Origin: Octopus vulgaris
Lineage: Eukaryota
Reading direction: 5' to 3'
Assembly: GCA_951406725.2 (NCBI GenBank)
Contig: OX597816.1
Span: 89,900,001 to 89,964,000 of the forward strand
DNA length: 64,000 bases
Shown here piece by piece: positions 1 through 32,130 of this stretch. A model generated the notes under the pieces. The model did no database searches and had not been told where the DNA came from. It saw only the letters and a list, made by a program, of their open reading frames with translations. The position numbers and the translations under genes were made by a program. Within the stretch, counting starts at the first letter, position 1. Each line of letters starts with the position of its first letter.

Positions 1-361
1 GTTTCAAATGTTCTGTGAAAAGTTAACATTACAATTCACATTTAAACGATATATGTATATCGAAACGTGTGTGTGTGTGTCTATGTCTGTGTCCCTCCAC
101 CCAACATCGCTTGACAAACGATGCTGGTGTGTTTACGTCCCCGTAAATTAGCGGTTCGGCAAAAGACACCGATAGAATAAGTACTGGGGTCGATTTGCTC
201 GACTAAAGGCGATGCTCCACCATGGCCGCAGTCAAATGACTGAAACAAGTAAAAGAATGAAAGAATATATATATATATAATGTTGCTTATAAGGGGTGGG
301 GAAACACAACAACAGTACTTCTAAAATAAGAATAGACATGAATGAAAACGGATAACAACAC

Positions 362-478
362 AGAAAGAAGAAGAAGAAGAAGAAGAAAAAGAAGAAAAAG
401 AAGAAGAAGAAGAAGAAGAAGAAGAAGAAGAAGAAGAAGAAGAAGAAGAAGAAGAAGAAGAAGAAGAAGAAGAAGAAG
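362..478. repeat. (GAA)n microsatellite
   Basis: Direct observation. Confidence 0.95.
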
Positions 479-552
479 AGAGGCAACAACAACAACAATA
501 CTATCCCTAAAAATAATGATACTAGTACCCCAAAATAAAATATAAAACATAA

Positions 553-838
553 AGTCGACCTCGGCGGAATTTGATCTCAGAACGTAGCGACGAGTGAAAT
601 ACCTATTTCTTTACTACCCACAAGGGGCTAAACACAGAGAGGACAAACTAAGACAGACAAACGGATTAAGTCGATTACATCGACCCCAGTGCGTAACTGG
701 TGCTTAATTTATCGACCCCGAAGGGATGAAAGGCAAAGTCGACCGTGACGGAATTTGAACTCAGAACGTAGCGGCAGACGAGATACTGTTAAGCATTTCG
801 CCCGGCGTGCTAATGATTCTGCCAGCTCGCCGCCTTGT
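553..838 (-). mobile_element. SINE family A
   Basis: Near-identical to 18798-19026. Confidence 0.85.
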
Positions 839-2081
839 CTTGGTATAAAAGATGGGCTACCGCAAATATTTTGCTTAATACCACAGATTTGCTTGTCAGT
901 TGTTTGACCTTAACCAGTTGAGCATGTGCCTTGGTGACTGACGATATGTGCATCTCTGATCACGATCAGAAGTAGTGGGGAGCATCATAGCCATGTGTTG
1001 AGGGCAATTCGTTGGAGTTTGGATAATTCACCTCAAGAAACATGGGTGATTCGTTCAACATCCTTAAACAAGCCTCATTCAGCGACCATTTAAGTGGGAT
1101 GGGTTACTCGACCTGAAGAAAATTCTAACTGGGCCCCACCTGCAAGCATTTCGTTCGGTGCGCTAACAATTCTGCCAGCTCGCCCCCTTCGATAATAGTA
1201 GCACTACTAATAATAATAATAATAATACACATTGTCTTTAAATAAGCAGTGACTCTATAATCATTCAATGCGTGTATATATTTTGGGACACCCTGTGTGT
1301 ATGTATGTATAAATGTATGTGCATTGTGTATTATAATACATACATATATACATACGTGCACATGTGCTATTGTCGACTCGTTTGATGAGTATGGTGATCA
1401 CTGACAAATTATCTTATTTCTGGGAGTTGGTTAGTTTGATGTTTATGAAAATTTGAGTTGCCCATCAATTAGTAAAATGTAATGCCTGAAATCTGAAAGA
1501 TATCGAAGCTCTACATTGCAGAGAATCCAAAGATAACCACGACTGCACTGTTCCTGATCACATGACACTTTCTAAAACAGGACTCGCCATCTATGAAAGG
1601 TCACATACCAGGAGACCAACACAGAGTGCTTATATGCATACATATTCAACATCTCCTTTTATGTCTAAGGGTGTGTTCTAACAGCCGGATTAAAAATTAA
1701 TTTTGAATAAATGCACAAGGATGAAGAAGCGCACAAAATTGTGTGCAAAGATTTGTGACAAACCAACTTAACAAAATCAGAGCTAAACAGTCATTCGAGA
1801 TCTCATTGTAGAAATGGTGCTTGCATGTTTGGAAAAAAGAAAGTGATTATGATCAAAATCGAGTTGATAGCCACAATATGTATATTTTTACGCATTTATA
1901 TCGTGCTCCTTTTAATGTCCTGCAACGTGTTGGTTCGTCAAACAGTATTCAGTAAAGTATGTACTTAGAAAAGTGCATGTATTGAATAAAGTTTTATCAT
2001 TTCACCTATTCTTTGTCGCAAAATTACTAAGGGATAATTGGTGAGGGAAGAAGCCTTGAGATTTTTGTCAGTGATGACCTT

Positions 2082-2136
2082 AGTCTGACGTAGACTCTGT
2101 AGTCTGACGTAGACTCTGTAGTCTGACGTAGACTCA
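2082..2136. repeat. 19-bp minisatellite, about 3 copies (tagtctgacgtagactctg)
   Basis: Direct observation. Confidence 0.85.
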
Positions 2137-2488
2137 GCCATTTAAAGAAAAAACAACCTTCGCTTCACTTCATCATTTACTCTCTGTTTTTATTCTTTGT
2201 CATTTTTTTAATAGTCTAAAACAAAGTAAATTATAAAAGGGCAGGAAAGCAAGTCTTAAAATTCTCGAGTTTAGACTTAATTCATGTAAAAACATGGATT
2301 TGACAGAATTAACAGTACAAATTATAACCCTAAAACAATCTAAGGCCTGAAAATGCTGAAATTCATGCAATCTGACGTATTCGGAAGATTTTAGATACCA
2401 ATAGTTAATACTAATAACTGAAAATAAAGCGTATCGGTAAAATAGATGAAAATTAACAAAATTGAGCAAAAATGTATCACATATTTAC

Positions 2489-2586
2489 CGCTTTCATTCC
2501 TTCATAAGTTACCATGAGAACATTTGGGTTGTCTTTAAATAAAGAGTAGAATTCTCGAGTATGCTTAAAATAATCACCGTTAGGAA
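2489..2586 (-). CDS. SULT-like gene A exon 3 (absent from ORF track)
   Basis: tttcag|IPNGDYFKHTREFYSLFKDNPNVLMVTYEGMKA|gtaaat; 98 nt. Confidence 0.88.
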
Positions 2587-2860
2587 CTGAAAAAAATAAA
2601 GGTTCATTGTAAATGATTTGGTTGTTCAAGCGGAACTTTCAGCATGGTAATAAGAATATTGTAGTGAATTGAATCAGAAAGAGAATATTACATTTGATAT
2701 ATACACATGTAATGTATGTTTGTGGGAATGTGCAATACGTGTGTGTGTGCGTGTAAGCATACATGTGTATATGTATGAATAGATACATAAACAAACAGAC
2801 AGACAAGATAGGCAGGTAGGTAGGTAGGTAGGTAGGTAGGTAGGTAGGTAGGTAGGTAGG

Positions 2861-2953
<93 letters not shown>

Positions 2954-5900
2954 TTACAAACGAAATAAAAGAGTACTCAACACATTTTATGAAGGTGTAC
3001 AATTTAGAATCTAAATCTGTATTACTTAGTTTCACAGAAAGAAAAGCCTGTCTGATCGCTTGATTTCGTTGGTGCTAAATGATATGGCATCGACGGCTTC
3101 CATATAAATCAAATTGGCATTGAATTAAAGTTTAAATTTCGTTTCTATTAGTCAGATCGAGGTACAGCCATTAGTAAGATTACTATTATGTGCTGGCTGA
3201 CTGTTAAACGGCTACAGAATCGAGTGCAACATTAGTGAAAAATACTTGAATATTACCCCTTAATTTCATAAAGTATTTCAGTTGTCTGATTAGGAGTAAA
3301 ATGTATCCGGTTAAGTTTGTAGAAACATCGATAATAAGCGACAAATTAAAAACTGATATTTTCCTCTTCCTATCTTCCAGGGTGAAAGAGAACGATACCT
3401 CGTGTACACTAATTTCTAAATAAAGACACTCCTCCTAACGCCTCGTTGTAATGAGGTGCAATTTCTTCAAACATACACATAATTTACATTTGACGGATAT
3501 TTGTCCTCATCTTGTTTGTTGTTAATACAACGTTTCAGCTGATATACCCTCCAGCCTTCATCAGGTGTCTTGGGGAAATTTCGAACCTGGGTTCTCATTT
3601 CTAAGGTACTTTTCCTTTTTTTATCATATAGATACTGCGTCGACTCATCGAATTCCACCACTGGTAGCAATTCATCAAATTGAACTTGCAGTCCCGTTAT
3701 TTATTTTATCTCCAAATAGTTCTTTTAATTTCTCACCTCTCACTCTATCAAGCAGGATTGCTTTGCTGTTTTCATTCAACTCACCCTAATTGCAGATTTT
3801 ATTTTCGTAATCTTCTTCTCAATTTCGACACTTTTTTTATATTCTATCAAATTCCATATGTTTCCTCTTCTGTAATCCTTCCTTCTTCCATTTTTGATCT
3901 CTTCCGATGTTACTGGCATCGGTAACTCTTTCTTCTCTGTAGCATTTTCATTCGATGCTGCTAGTATCTCCCGTCTTTTTCCCTTTCGCTTCTGTAAATT
4001 CACTTTCTTCTCCGTGCTGGCTCCCCTTGATGTTGTTGGTCTCTCACACTAAGCCAACAACTCTTTTCTGCCTGCTTTTCTCTTTTTTTAGCTGACTCTT
4101 TGGTGGTGAGTCCGCGTCTCCTTCTCTCTTCTTCTTTCTCCTCCCCACCGTATATTGCTCCTCCACATTTTTTGTACTCTATTCGCTGTCTGGTTTTTGC
4201 TCCTCGACGTTTTGTTCCTTTTCCTCTCCCTGCTGCTCCTGTTCCATCACATCCTCGTCGTGTTTCTGGGGGCACCTTGCCTTCATGTGTCCCCGTACTC
4301 CACACTGGTAGCAGATGGGAGGTCTTCCCTCCACCACCACTCTTAATCTCACTTCCTCCGACAGTATGACCTCTTCTGAAATTTTATGTAAATCTTTTAA
4401 ACTTACCTGGACCGCCACCTCGAGGCCGTATCCCCATCAGTTTACCTCAGTCGTTCTTGTCACTTTAAAATCTTTCGATTCTTCCTCTGTGTCATACAAA
4501 ATGGCTGCCACCAGCCACGCCTCACCAATCTCTTGGGGTTCTCTGCCAATCCTTACTCGGGCCACACGTTTGCCACAGTAGGTTGGCAGTAGTACCCACT
4601 TTGATGACCTTAATGCCACAGTAGAGTGTTTTATCGCGTCTTGTTCAGTCGCGAACCTTACCTCCACTGGACCGTACTTTTTTCCTCTGGTATAGAACAT
4701 CGCAAGGCCTTTTATCTCCTTCAAACACTCTTTCAATGCTTCTACTGTCGCTATTTCAATTATTTTTTTCGTTTCCGTGGACAGCATTCTATACACTACT
4801 CTCCACTCAGTTGCATTCTCTGTCATATCTTGCAGCGGGGGTCAACCTCAGGCTGGTACCGTCCTTTTCGATAAGTTTGTTAAGCTGTTTCAACTTCTTT
4901 TCTTCCAATTTAACCTCTTGAACCTGTAGAACGTCTGCAGTTAAGCTTCTTCCAGTTGATGCAGCATAGCTGCCGACTGGTTCGCTTTCCGACGTTCCTT
5001 TTCTTACTATTTCACCCTTAAATAGGGAAGAAAACAAGTATAACAGGCAAAAATAACAGCAATAAACAGTTCAATCCAACAATTAGGTTAAACAGGCAGG
5101 TACGGGAGACCTTCAACAAATAATCAACAATGTAACTTACTCAGATCAAAAATGATTAAACAGCAAAACACATCATGGACTCGACCAAAGTGCGAACTGC
5201 TGACTACGTCACTCCGCTACCATTTATATGTAATGGTCCTGTCTATTCTCGTCAGAGGGTGGCCTACACTCGCCTCAACAGATAGAATTATTAAGGCGGC
5301 GAATAAAATGCTTATCGGTATTTCTTCTGCCGTTACGTTCTGAGTTCAAATTCCGCCGAGGTCGACTTTGCCTTTCATCCTTTCGGGGTCGATTAAATAA
5401 GTACCAGTTACAGACTGGGATCGATATAATCGACTTAATCCGTTTGTCTGTCCTTGTTTGTTCTCTGTGTGTTTAGCCCCTTGTGGGTAGTAAAGAAATA
5501 GGTATTTCTTCTGGTTTTACGTTCTAAGTTCAAATTCTGTTAAGATCTACTTTGCTTTCACCCTTTAGAGGTCGATAAAATAAGTACCAGCTGAGTACTG
5601 GGATTGATGTAATTGACTAGCCGTTCCCCCAAAATTTCGGGCCTAGTGCTTAAAGTAGAAAGGATTTTTAGGATCATAATCAAGGGCATATTGCAAGCTG
5701 GGCTCCCCTGACATTCAGTAGTTCTATACAACCTTCTCTTCAAAGATATACAGTTCCTTACCATATTGCATAGTACGTAACCTCATGTTGATAGATTTTT
5801 CGGAATACAGTCATTGAGGTTGAGATTAGTCACCCTTCAGTCTAATGCAAAAGTGAAAATTGTTATTTTATCAACTCTTCCTGGGATTAAATAAAGTATT

Positions 5901-5974
5901 AGTCAATATTAGGGTCAATAAAACAGTTATACCCTTTCCTAATGTGAGACCTCGTGCCTATAACAGAAATCATC

Positions 5975-6027
<53 letters not shown>

Positions 6028-6059
6028 CAGCAGCAGCAGCAGCAGCGGCAGCAGCAGCG

Positions 6060-6139
<80 letters not shown>

Positions 6140-7345
6140 CAAGACTTACTTTCCCCTTTCATAAAAAGGTCAAAAAAACTTGATATGTCTCCGTTGTATT
6201 CGAACGTCTTAGCTCCTGACAGATGTCTGTAGAAAGTTACAAGCATAGCTTTCGGGTTGCGGTTCATATATATAATTTTGTGACCCTTCAGCAATTCCGA
6301 AGGAAGAAGTTCAATAGGAAGGTGTGAGTTTAAGAATCGTGGAGATTCAGTAGCTTCAAGTGTTTCCATTGGTGCCATTTCTATAAGCAAGTCTTCTTTT
6401 ATAGCGGAAACTCTTTCACAATTTCCTTTCAGTATCATATTTACCATTTCAAACAGCCAATGGGACCCTGAAATTAATACAATATAAACATATAGTGTTA
6501 TTTGAGTGTTAACGAAATATATTGACATGTCTATGAAATTTTATTGGAATATTTCGTTTTACAATGGCCTTTCGTAAAGTGGAAATGATTAATCCAATTT
6601 ATATTATTAATATCTATTTTATAAACTCGTAGTTTCTAGAATCATGTTCCTTTTTATTTGGGGATACACACCTAAGAATGTGGAATAAACTTGACAAAGG
6701 GCAACTGAGGTTAATTAAATACATTACCATGTAACATATGATGTTATGTTACAGGTATATAAGCATACAAAATCTTTCGGTGTTTAAGATTGAAGAAGAA
6801 CGAGTTAAGATAGATATCACATCAGAATAGATTATCCTAATATATTGTGTTGTATGCTGTGTGAAGAAGTGTATTATTAACCTCGGGTACATTTTTAAAT
6901 ATTAATGTACCGGAGTACATTTCCAAGACACGTGCATACACACAGAGCAAAAGGAGGAGAAAATGTCTATGAGCGCTTGTATAGCTGTATGTGCGTGAGA
7001 GTGTGTATTTGGATGAGCGTGTATGTGTGTGTAGTTAAGTAGTTATCCGAACGTATATATTTATATGTATTGTAAAACACTGTAGGACAGTTTACCATTT
7101 ATCAATAAAACAGGGAATATATTCGATTGAACCAATCGGAAATAGTAAGAACAATAATGTGTGACTATTCATTGATTCTATGTAATGCGAGATGATAAGA
7201 ATCAATTATTTTGTTATGTATGATCATGTGTTGTTCAATAGATCATGGATTTCATGACTCCCCTCTCACTCAAGAAGTCCTTGTACTTGACATTTAACTA
7301 ATTATATATAGAGGGAGTTAAGTGCTTTGTATACAACAACGAAAA

Positions 7346-7383
<38 letters not shown>

Positions 7384-8191
7384 TAGGCCGTTTAGCTGAT
7401 TGTATCTTCCATTACAAAATCAATATTTTCCAAACCAAAGATGGAAAATACTTGATATGCGGTCAAATCTTCAAAAGATGCTGTATTGTCTTTAAAAAAA
7501 AATTCCTCTTTGATCATATATCTGCTAGATTACAACCGAACTGGAGCTAAAAGAATACAATAACAGCAACAACAATAATAGTTTTTCCCAAAAACTAAGA
7601 AGTAGATAGCAATATTGCAAGGAAAATAGGACGGCCAACTGAGAGAATCGTTAGCGCGCTAAGCAAACTGCTTAGCGGCATTTCATCCGTCTGTGCGTTC
7701 TGAATTCAAATTCCACCCTTTCGGGATCGATAAAGTAAGTACCAGTTGAACACTGGAGTCGATGCAATTGACGTGTGCTCTCCCCCAAAATTGCTGGCCT
7801 TGTGCCAAAATTTGAAATCAATATTGCAAGTGAAATGGATTGCTTTATTCTATTACTTGCCAATAGCATTGAAGGATTGAACATTTTTTTTTAGTGTAAA
7901 CACCATCACATTTGCTTTACACATCGATAAATTACACAATGACGCTTGAGATACAAAAATGTAGTTTAAGAAATCATATTGTAAAAACTTACCTGCTCCG
8001 GGATATGAATACATCAAAATATCATCGGGTCTAAATTTTATTGTGTTTACTTTTGGTAAAGCGGATGGTATCATTGGTACACAAATCATACTGTGGCCTT
8101 TATAACTATAAACAGGCATTGGATGCCCGTCTTTTCCATAGAATTGAACGTAAGTACATTCACTTTCATCTTTTAGTTCTTTCGAATCCAT
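2489..8191 (-). CDS. SULT-fold gene A, partial (exons 7993-8191, 6150-6467, 2489-2586; exons 4-5 presumably left of the window)
   Basis: Exon sizes 199/318/98 match gene B; GT-AG sites; no exon 4 seen in 1-2488. Confidence 0.85.
3478..3608 (-). mobile_element. PLE-type terminal repeat fragment with minimal hammerhead (related copy at about 32230-32345)
   Basis: gacac-CTGATGA-a-ggctg...cagct-GAAACGTT; second diverged copy near 32270-32325. Confidence 0.5.
3620..5230 (-). mobile_element. Non-LTR retrotransposon (L1/Tx1-like) ORF1 relic with zinc knuckle
   Basis: Interrupted ORFs 4179-5037; RVVVEGRPPICYQCGVRGHMKARC (CCHC). Confidence 0.7.
5295..5665 (+). mobile_element. SINE family A (partly tandem)
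   Basis: GTTCTGAGTTCAAATTCCGCCGAGGTCGAC core. Confidence 0.8.
6150..6467 (-). CDS. SULT-like gene A exon 2
   Basis: tttcag|GSHWLFEMVNMIL...SPRFLNSHLP...RNPKAMLVTFYRH...MKGE A|gtaagt. Confidence 0.9.
7635..7822 (+). mobile_element. SINE family A, diverged
   Basis: Similarity to other copies. Confidence 0.7.
7993..8191 (-). CDS. SULT-like gene A exon 1 (coding)
   Basis: MDSKELKDES...RPDDILMYSYPGA G|gtaagt; ATG chosen by alignment with paralogs. Confidence 0.87.
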
Positions 8192-9192
8192 TACTGTTGT
8201 GGTTGTTGTTGCTGATGTTGTTTCTGTTGTAGTTTTTGTTCTAGTTTTTGCTCTTGTTGTTGTTGCCACTTCTTTAGCGTCTATTTTCTCAATAAATTCC
8301 TAAAATAAGCTTCTGTTGTTCCTTGCAATCTGGGACAAATTAACAGTTCGTGAAAGTTGGCTACAGAAAAATGTAGTCTACCCCAGCTATTCACCTTCTT
8401 GTATGTAGGCTGTATAAATAGAAAGATTATTTATTCAAAATCTATGTCAATGGTTTTGAATTTAAATAAGCATTTTATCAATGGCTCTGAATTTAAATGA
8501 AACTAATCTCTCTGTTTACTTTTTATATCTTATATGAGCTATTCTGATATTTAAAAAATGCAAAGTAACAGGTTTAAAGTCCACGCTAGTTATCATCACA
8601 TAAGGCGATATCACGGCGGTTAAATGGCATCTGGAATATGGATTAGAGCCGTGGTACTTGACATAGAGAATAAGTGCTATACATGGTACATAGTGCTTAC
8701 TACATTAATATGAAATAGATGCTACATGGCATTCATAATATTCCATAATATCTGAAAAGTAGATGGTAGAAAAGGTAAATTATATAGATGACACATGATA
8801 AGAGGATTCTAAATATGACGATGTTTCAGTGATCTTTATTTATGACCTTACTTAAAATGCGTTTTTAAGTTGTGAAATTGTCTATTTAGTTTAATGTTCC
8901 GAGAACTGAATGAAAACGTAAAGAGTATCTGTCGCGAAAAATGTTTCACCTCTAGGTCGTTTTTAAACATAAAGGAATATAGGTTTGCAGATTCTTTAGT
9001 AAGTTATGCTATGTAAATGTGTGTATGTGTGCATATACACACATACACACATAGACACACATACACGCATACGTACATATATATATGTGTGTGTGTGTGT
9101 GTGCGTGCGTGTGTGTGTACGTGCGCGCGCGCGCGTGTGTGTGTGTGTATGTATGTATGTAGATAGACATACAGACGAATAGATAGATAAAC

Positions 9193-9353
<161 letters not shown>

Positions 9354-10507
9354 TGCACGCATTTGTGTAAAACGGCGCTGGTTGATCTTGAACTTCCTCT
9401 ACATTTCATCATCCTTGTATCTGCACTCATCGCTATTCCAAGTTCTTCCTCTCCAGGATATTGTCTCTCTTTAATCTACTCTCTGTTGACTTAAAACAGT
9501 TCACGCATAACACTAACATCATCAAATACAATAGTCTTGGAATGTCTACATAAGCCATGAGCAGTACCCTTCCCTCCAGGTCCAACAGGGATATCCTCAT
9601 AACAAATCTGTTCTTAAGGTAGTGAAGCTACACGACAGAATCTGCTATTTGACTAGACTGTGAAACGTTTGACTGTCTCTCACTATACCTTACTAAGATT
9701 CCATTGTCAAGAAAAACGACTTCCGCTGAAGCTGCGATAGATTCATTACATCTCACCTAGAAACCAATGTCTTTGCTTTCCCAGATAACGATGCGTCTAG
9801 ACATCCATGTGCAACAGAAAATGATGATTGTGCAATCCCTTCCTATGAGACAGTATCGCTAAAACAGAAAGTGTCCAAGTCTTTAAAATATAGAAAACGC
9901 GCACACTCACACACACAAGCACATCCACACACGCAAACACGTACACACAAACACACACACATACACAAGCACGCACGCATGCACGTACATAAAATGGAAG
10001 GAAGCACATACACACGTGTACTCAGACGATATGCACACTTATAGCACGAGTGGAATTTCACTCATACAAACATACAAAATCATGTATGTATGCACACAGT
10101 AAGGAGTTCAGATTCCCACAGACTCCAAAAGTTATTTAAAGTGCTTTAAATAAAACCCTTGATTCAATAACACTGTGTATGAACTCTATACCATAGAATA
10201 GAGCGTCCACTGCTTTTTTCTTTTGGTTGCTTACGGGTTGTATAATCTATATTTTTAGAAATTAGAGTGAAATAATATGGCCCGTAATTGCTAGCTGTCT
10301 TAGCTTTTGACCTAGTGTTATATGTGTGCATGCGGGGCAATTATCCAGACCCCGGGTTTTCCCGGGGTTCTAGTATAGTGTATGTGTGGTCTGTTGTGAT
10401 TCTGATGGTTGGCATGTGGTTGTGATATGATTTGAGATATATGTTGCTTGAGCCTAGTATTTGAGATGTATTTTATTTGTTGGGAGAATATATATATATA
10501 TATCAAT

Positions 10508-10561
<54 letters not shown>

Positions 10562-11326
10562 GTATATATATATATATACTAGCTTAAGGTGACCCGCTCT
10601 ACGCGCGGGTAAGAGTGTGGTTGTTACTTTCTGTTCCTTCCTTTCTGTTTTTTATCACCACATTCTCCCTCTTTGTTTCTTTCTCCTTTCTCTCTCATTT
10701 TCTCACTCTCTTACTCTTCCATTCTCTCGGACTCTCCCTCGCTTTCTCTTACTCTCTATCTTTCTCTATCTATCTCTCTCCCATTTATAAACAAAAAACG
10801 ATCTTGAGTAAGTTGAGAAAAAAAATATTTTGAAACATCAATCATACATATCAGGCAGTGACAACGGAAAGGTTTGCTTCAAGGCAGACAGCAAAACACT
10901 AACATTTAAAAGGGACAAACGAACTTGCAAGCTGAATAAAAAAAAATATTGGAAACCAAAGTTTGAAGGGATAGAATCTAAGGTTAGTAGACTCACCATG
11001 GCTGGCATTTCTTAACGACGGACAGCAACGTAGTAGCAGTTTAACGGTTGGCGTAAAGTTTTGAATTTGATGCAAAAGAAAATTCCTAAACACCCGCTCC
11101 TGTAAATTTTAATCCCCTTCCAGCCCCATTTAGACTCCTTTTCACATTTTGGTTAATATAACCTGATTTCATTCGGGTCTACTCGGACCACATTTTATAA
11201 GATGAGGAATTTTGTCCTAGAGGTCACGCCTTTCATTTGAGGAAAAAAATAGTTGCCATGCAAACTCGCCAGCACTATTAACATAGGTGTGCATATTTTC
11301 AGCTCAACCGACCACATAATGCACAC

Positions 11327-11359
<33 letters not shown>

Positions 11360-11479
11360 GCATTAAATATATATATGTACATATATACGCATTATATATA
11401 TATGTGTGTGTGCGTACGCATTATATATACAAATGTATACAAATTATATATATATATATGTATATATATATAGATAAGA

Positions 11480-12225
11480 AAGTTTGTTTGGTAAAGCACG
11501 TGGGTGAATATATAAGAAAATAGTAAAGAGTGAAAAAACGACAGAAGGCTTAAATGTTAAAAAATATATATATTTGCGTCAAAATGTCTGGAGAATATTG
11601 GAAAAGTTTTTTTTTCCCCTCCTTAAAATGACATAATTTTATAATTTTTAAAGAAATACCGGTTTCGCAGTTAGCTCTTCAAATTTCTTGTGACTTAATG
11701 TTTATTTTTAATAACGTAATCCTTGTATTTTTGCTACGGAGAGTTCTAAATAAGGGAAAGTAGTGAGTGATTTCTTCCGGTGTAAGGGAGATAATCGCTT
11801 AAAAAAATTTTTTCCTTTAGTGTGAATTTCTCTGTATTATTGAGTTCGGATAGTTGAGTCTGGGTTTGTACTTTTCAATGAAGAATGTTTCCTTATTTAG
11901 TCTAATTTGTGATGATGATCCGAAAGCACATTGGTAAAATGGAAAGATTAAAAATTGTGGTTGTAGTTGCTTTGCGCATTTCTCAATGTGCTCACTAAAA
12001 GGTATCATTCTATATTCTGGGAATGCAATCTGTTGTCGATGCAGTGTGCATCTACGTCTGAGTGATAGTCCCGTGGACCCCACGTAGTCTTGGAGGCAGC
12101 CCGAGCATTTAATGACATAAATTATGTTTTCAGAGACACAAGTAAAGTTAGATTTGATCTTGAATTTCTGTCCCTCTTTAAAGAAGAATTCTGATCCTTC
12201 CAATAGGTTACGACATGTTGCACTG
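11480..12225 (-). mobile_element. Penelope-like element 3' fragment (GIY-YIG endonuclease ORF 11817-12203)
   Basis: FTCVSENIIYVIKCSGCLQDYVGSTGLSLRRRCTLHRQQI; hammerhead-like motif downstream; ends at (TA)n. Confidence 0.8.
11651..11689 (-). ncRNA. Variant minimal hammerhead 3' of GIY-YIG ORF
   Basis: aagaaat-TTGAAGA-gc-taact-gc-GAAAC-cg-GTA-tttctt; palindromic ACCGGT. Confidence 0.5.
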
Positions 12226-13332
12226 TATTTTTAGTTGGTTCATGTTTAGTTTCTTTGATCAGGGCTTGCGTTTCCTACGTTTTACACCTTAAGTTCACAT
12301 TTGGACTCACGAAATGTCGTTCCAATGTCTTTAGAGAACTGGGTTATGAAATCCAGATACTTTTTTTAAGGTTAATATTTGTCCCATACACCTTTAGGTC
12401 ATCCACAAAAACAAAAAGATGAGGCATATGATATTATTGAATAAATTCGTATAGCAGCTATGTTTTGTAATCAGGTATAACAGGAGATATAATTAGAAAA
12501 CGAAAAGCAGTATCGACATGCTATCTCTTTAAAGGATGCTTGTTTTGCTAGTGTGTGATATCAGATATACATTTGTTTGTTTTGTAGCTATGCTTATTAT
12601 TTCTCCATTATTCTTAATTATTTTCCTCTTTTTAAATTAGGCATTTACAATAGCGGTTTAGTTTAATAAACTTCTCACCACTCTGTATTCGTGAAAAAAA
12701 TAATTCTCTTAAATCACATTTTCAGTGATGTTTTCAAATACAGTTATTATTGTTTTGTATTTTACTGTTCGTTCAGTTTAAATTCTAGTAGAGAAAATTA
12801 TAATTCTGACTGTTAGAGTTTTAATACCCAATACTTTATATTTTGCATTTCTTCTGTTTTAAATATCAATCCGAAGTCTAGATAACATCCTTTCTAACCT
12901 TTTCTTTCATTTCTGTGATGTAATCTGTCTGGTTCAATAATTCCTAACAATTTTTTACATCCTTATTTGTTGTAATTCTTTTATCTATTTTTCTTTAATA
13001 AGCTCGATATAACTGTCCATAATATATTTTCGTCTCTTCAAATTTACCTTATGCATTTTACTAATCTGAATTCCATTTCAATTTCTTTAGTAAGTGAGTC
13101 TTCTTTATGCGACAGTGTCTCTCCATAAGTTTATTTGAGTAAAAAGAATTACAAGATACGCGTGATAAATCTATAATTCAACTGCTTAGTTGCTTAGTAC
13201 ACATGGCTTCATAGAGAATTTGGTCATACATAAATCTCGAAATATTACATTGAATATGTAATATTAAAGAAGAGAACTTTAAAATTAATAGAACATCCAA
13301 TCTCCATAAATATTTATATTCTTTTATTTGAG

Positions 13333-13338
13333 TTTATT
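13333..13338 (-). promoter_or_regulatory. Candidate poly(A) signal AATAAA of gene B
   Basis: About 190 nt after the stop, inside a block also present in the gene C 3' region. Confidence 0.5.
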
Positions 13339-13528
13339 CAATGATGACTACAATATAAGAACGCGAGTTTTAAATAATTTTTTGAACAACTAAAATCTAT
13401 GATTTATAATCACTTACAATGTTCTTTTATTATGCATTTATTTCATTAATAAGCCGTTACAAATTTTCATATTAGGACTAAAACTTTCAGCTAGTACAAA
13501 ACGCTCATTTCTAAAATCAGTGAATACT

Positions 13529-30481
<16,953 letters not shown>

Positions 30482-31069
30482 GGTCTTTCTTCGTTTACTA
30501 TTAACGTCTGAAAATAAGTTGCAATTGTTTCTGATCTAAAAGAAATATCTTTTTTATATGCTTTGTTGCAGTTTGTGACAAATATGTGTGTGTGTGTGTG
30601 TGTGTGTGTGACTTGATATTCTAGATACACACACATATGGACACATGCACATGCATTACATGTCACATTGAAATTCACCTCTTTGCATAACAATTGGGAA
30701 GAAACTTTATCTAACATCTACATATGTGCATATACATTCCATCCAGGACGTTGATCTCGATAGAGTTTGTATATCTGCTTTATATATTTTACAAAATAAT
30801 TTGACTATAAATAGAATACAAATTTGGTTTGGTGTATATTTACATCAATAGCTTTAACTAGTTTACAGCTGTGTTTCATTCGGTTGCCTGGGCGTGGCAA
30901 CGGTAATCGCGCCGATTGAGGTCAGCACTGAGTGTGTATATTTACGTCAACCGCTTTAGTGCAAGTGCTGTTTTTTTATCTAAACTATATTCCTGTGCAG
31001 AAGCTCGTGCGGTATTATTCCTGAATAAGATCACTCGACAGCACAAGTCAGATCAATATCATGTATTTA

Positions 31070-32130
<1,061 letters not shown>

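Noticed and set aside
1-2488. Search for gene A exons 4-5
   Set aside because: No CSFDKMK- or WKKW-like coding segment found; they presumably lie left of the window.
8192-8269. N-terminal Thr-rich extension of gene A in the ORF track
   Set aside because: Starts at GTG and derives from an (ACA)n-like repeat; paralogs start at the MDS/MAS methionine.
10310-10615. CTAG-plus-hairpin ends suggestive of Helitron/Helentron termini
   Set aside because: Only short motifs; no matching partner end or coding relic could be established by eye.
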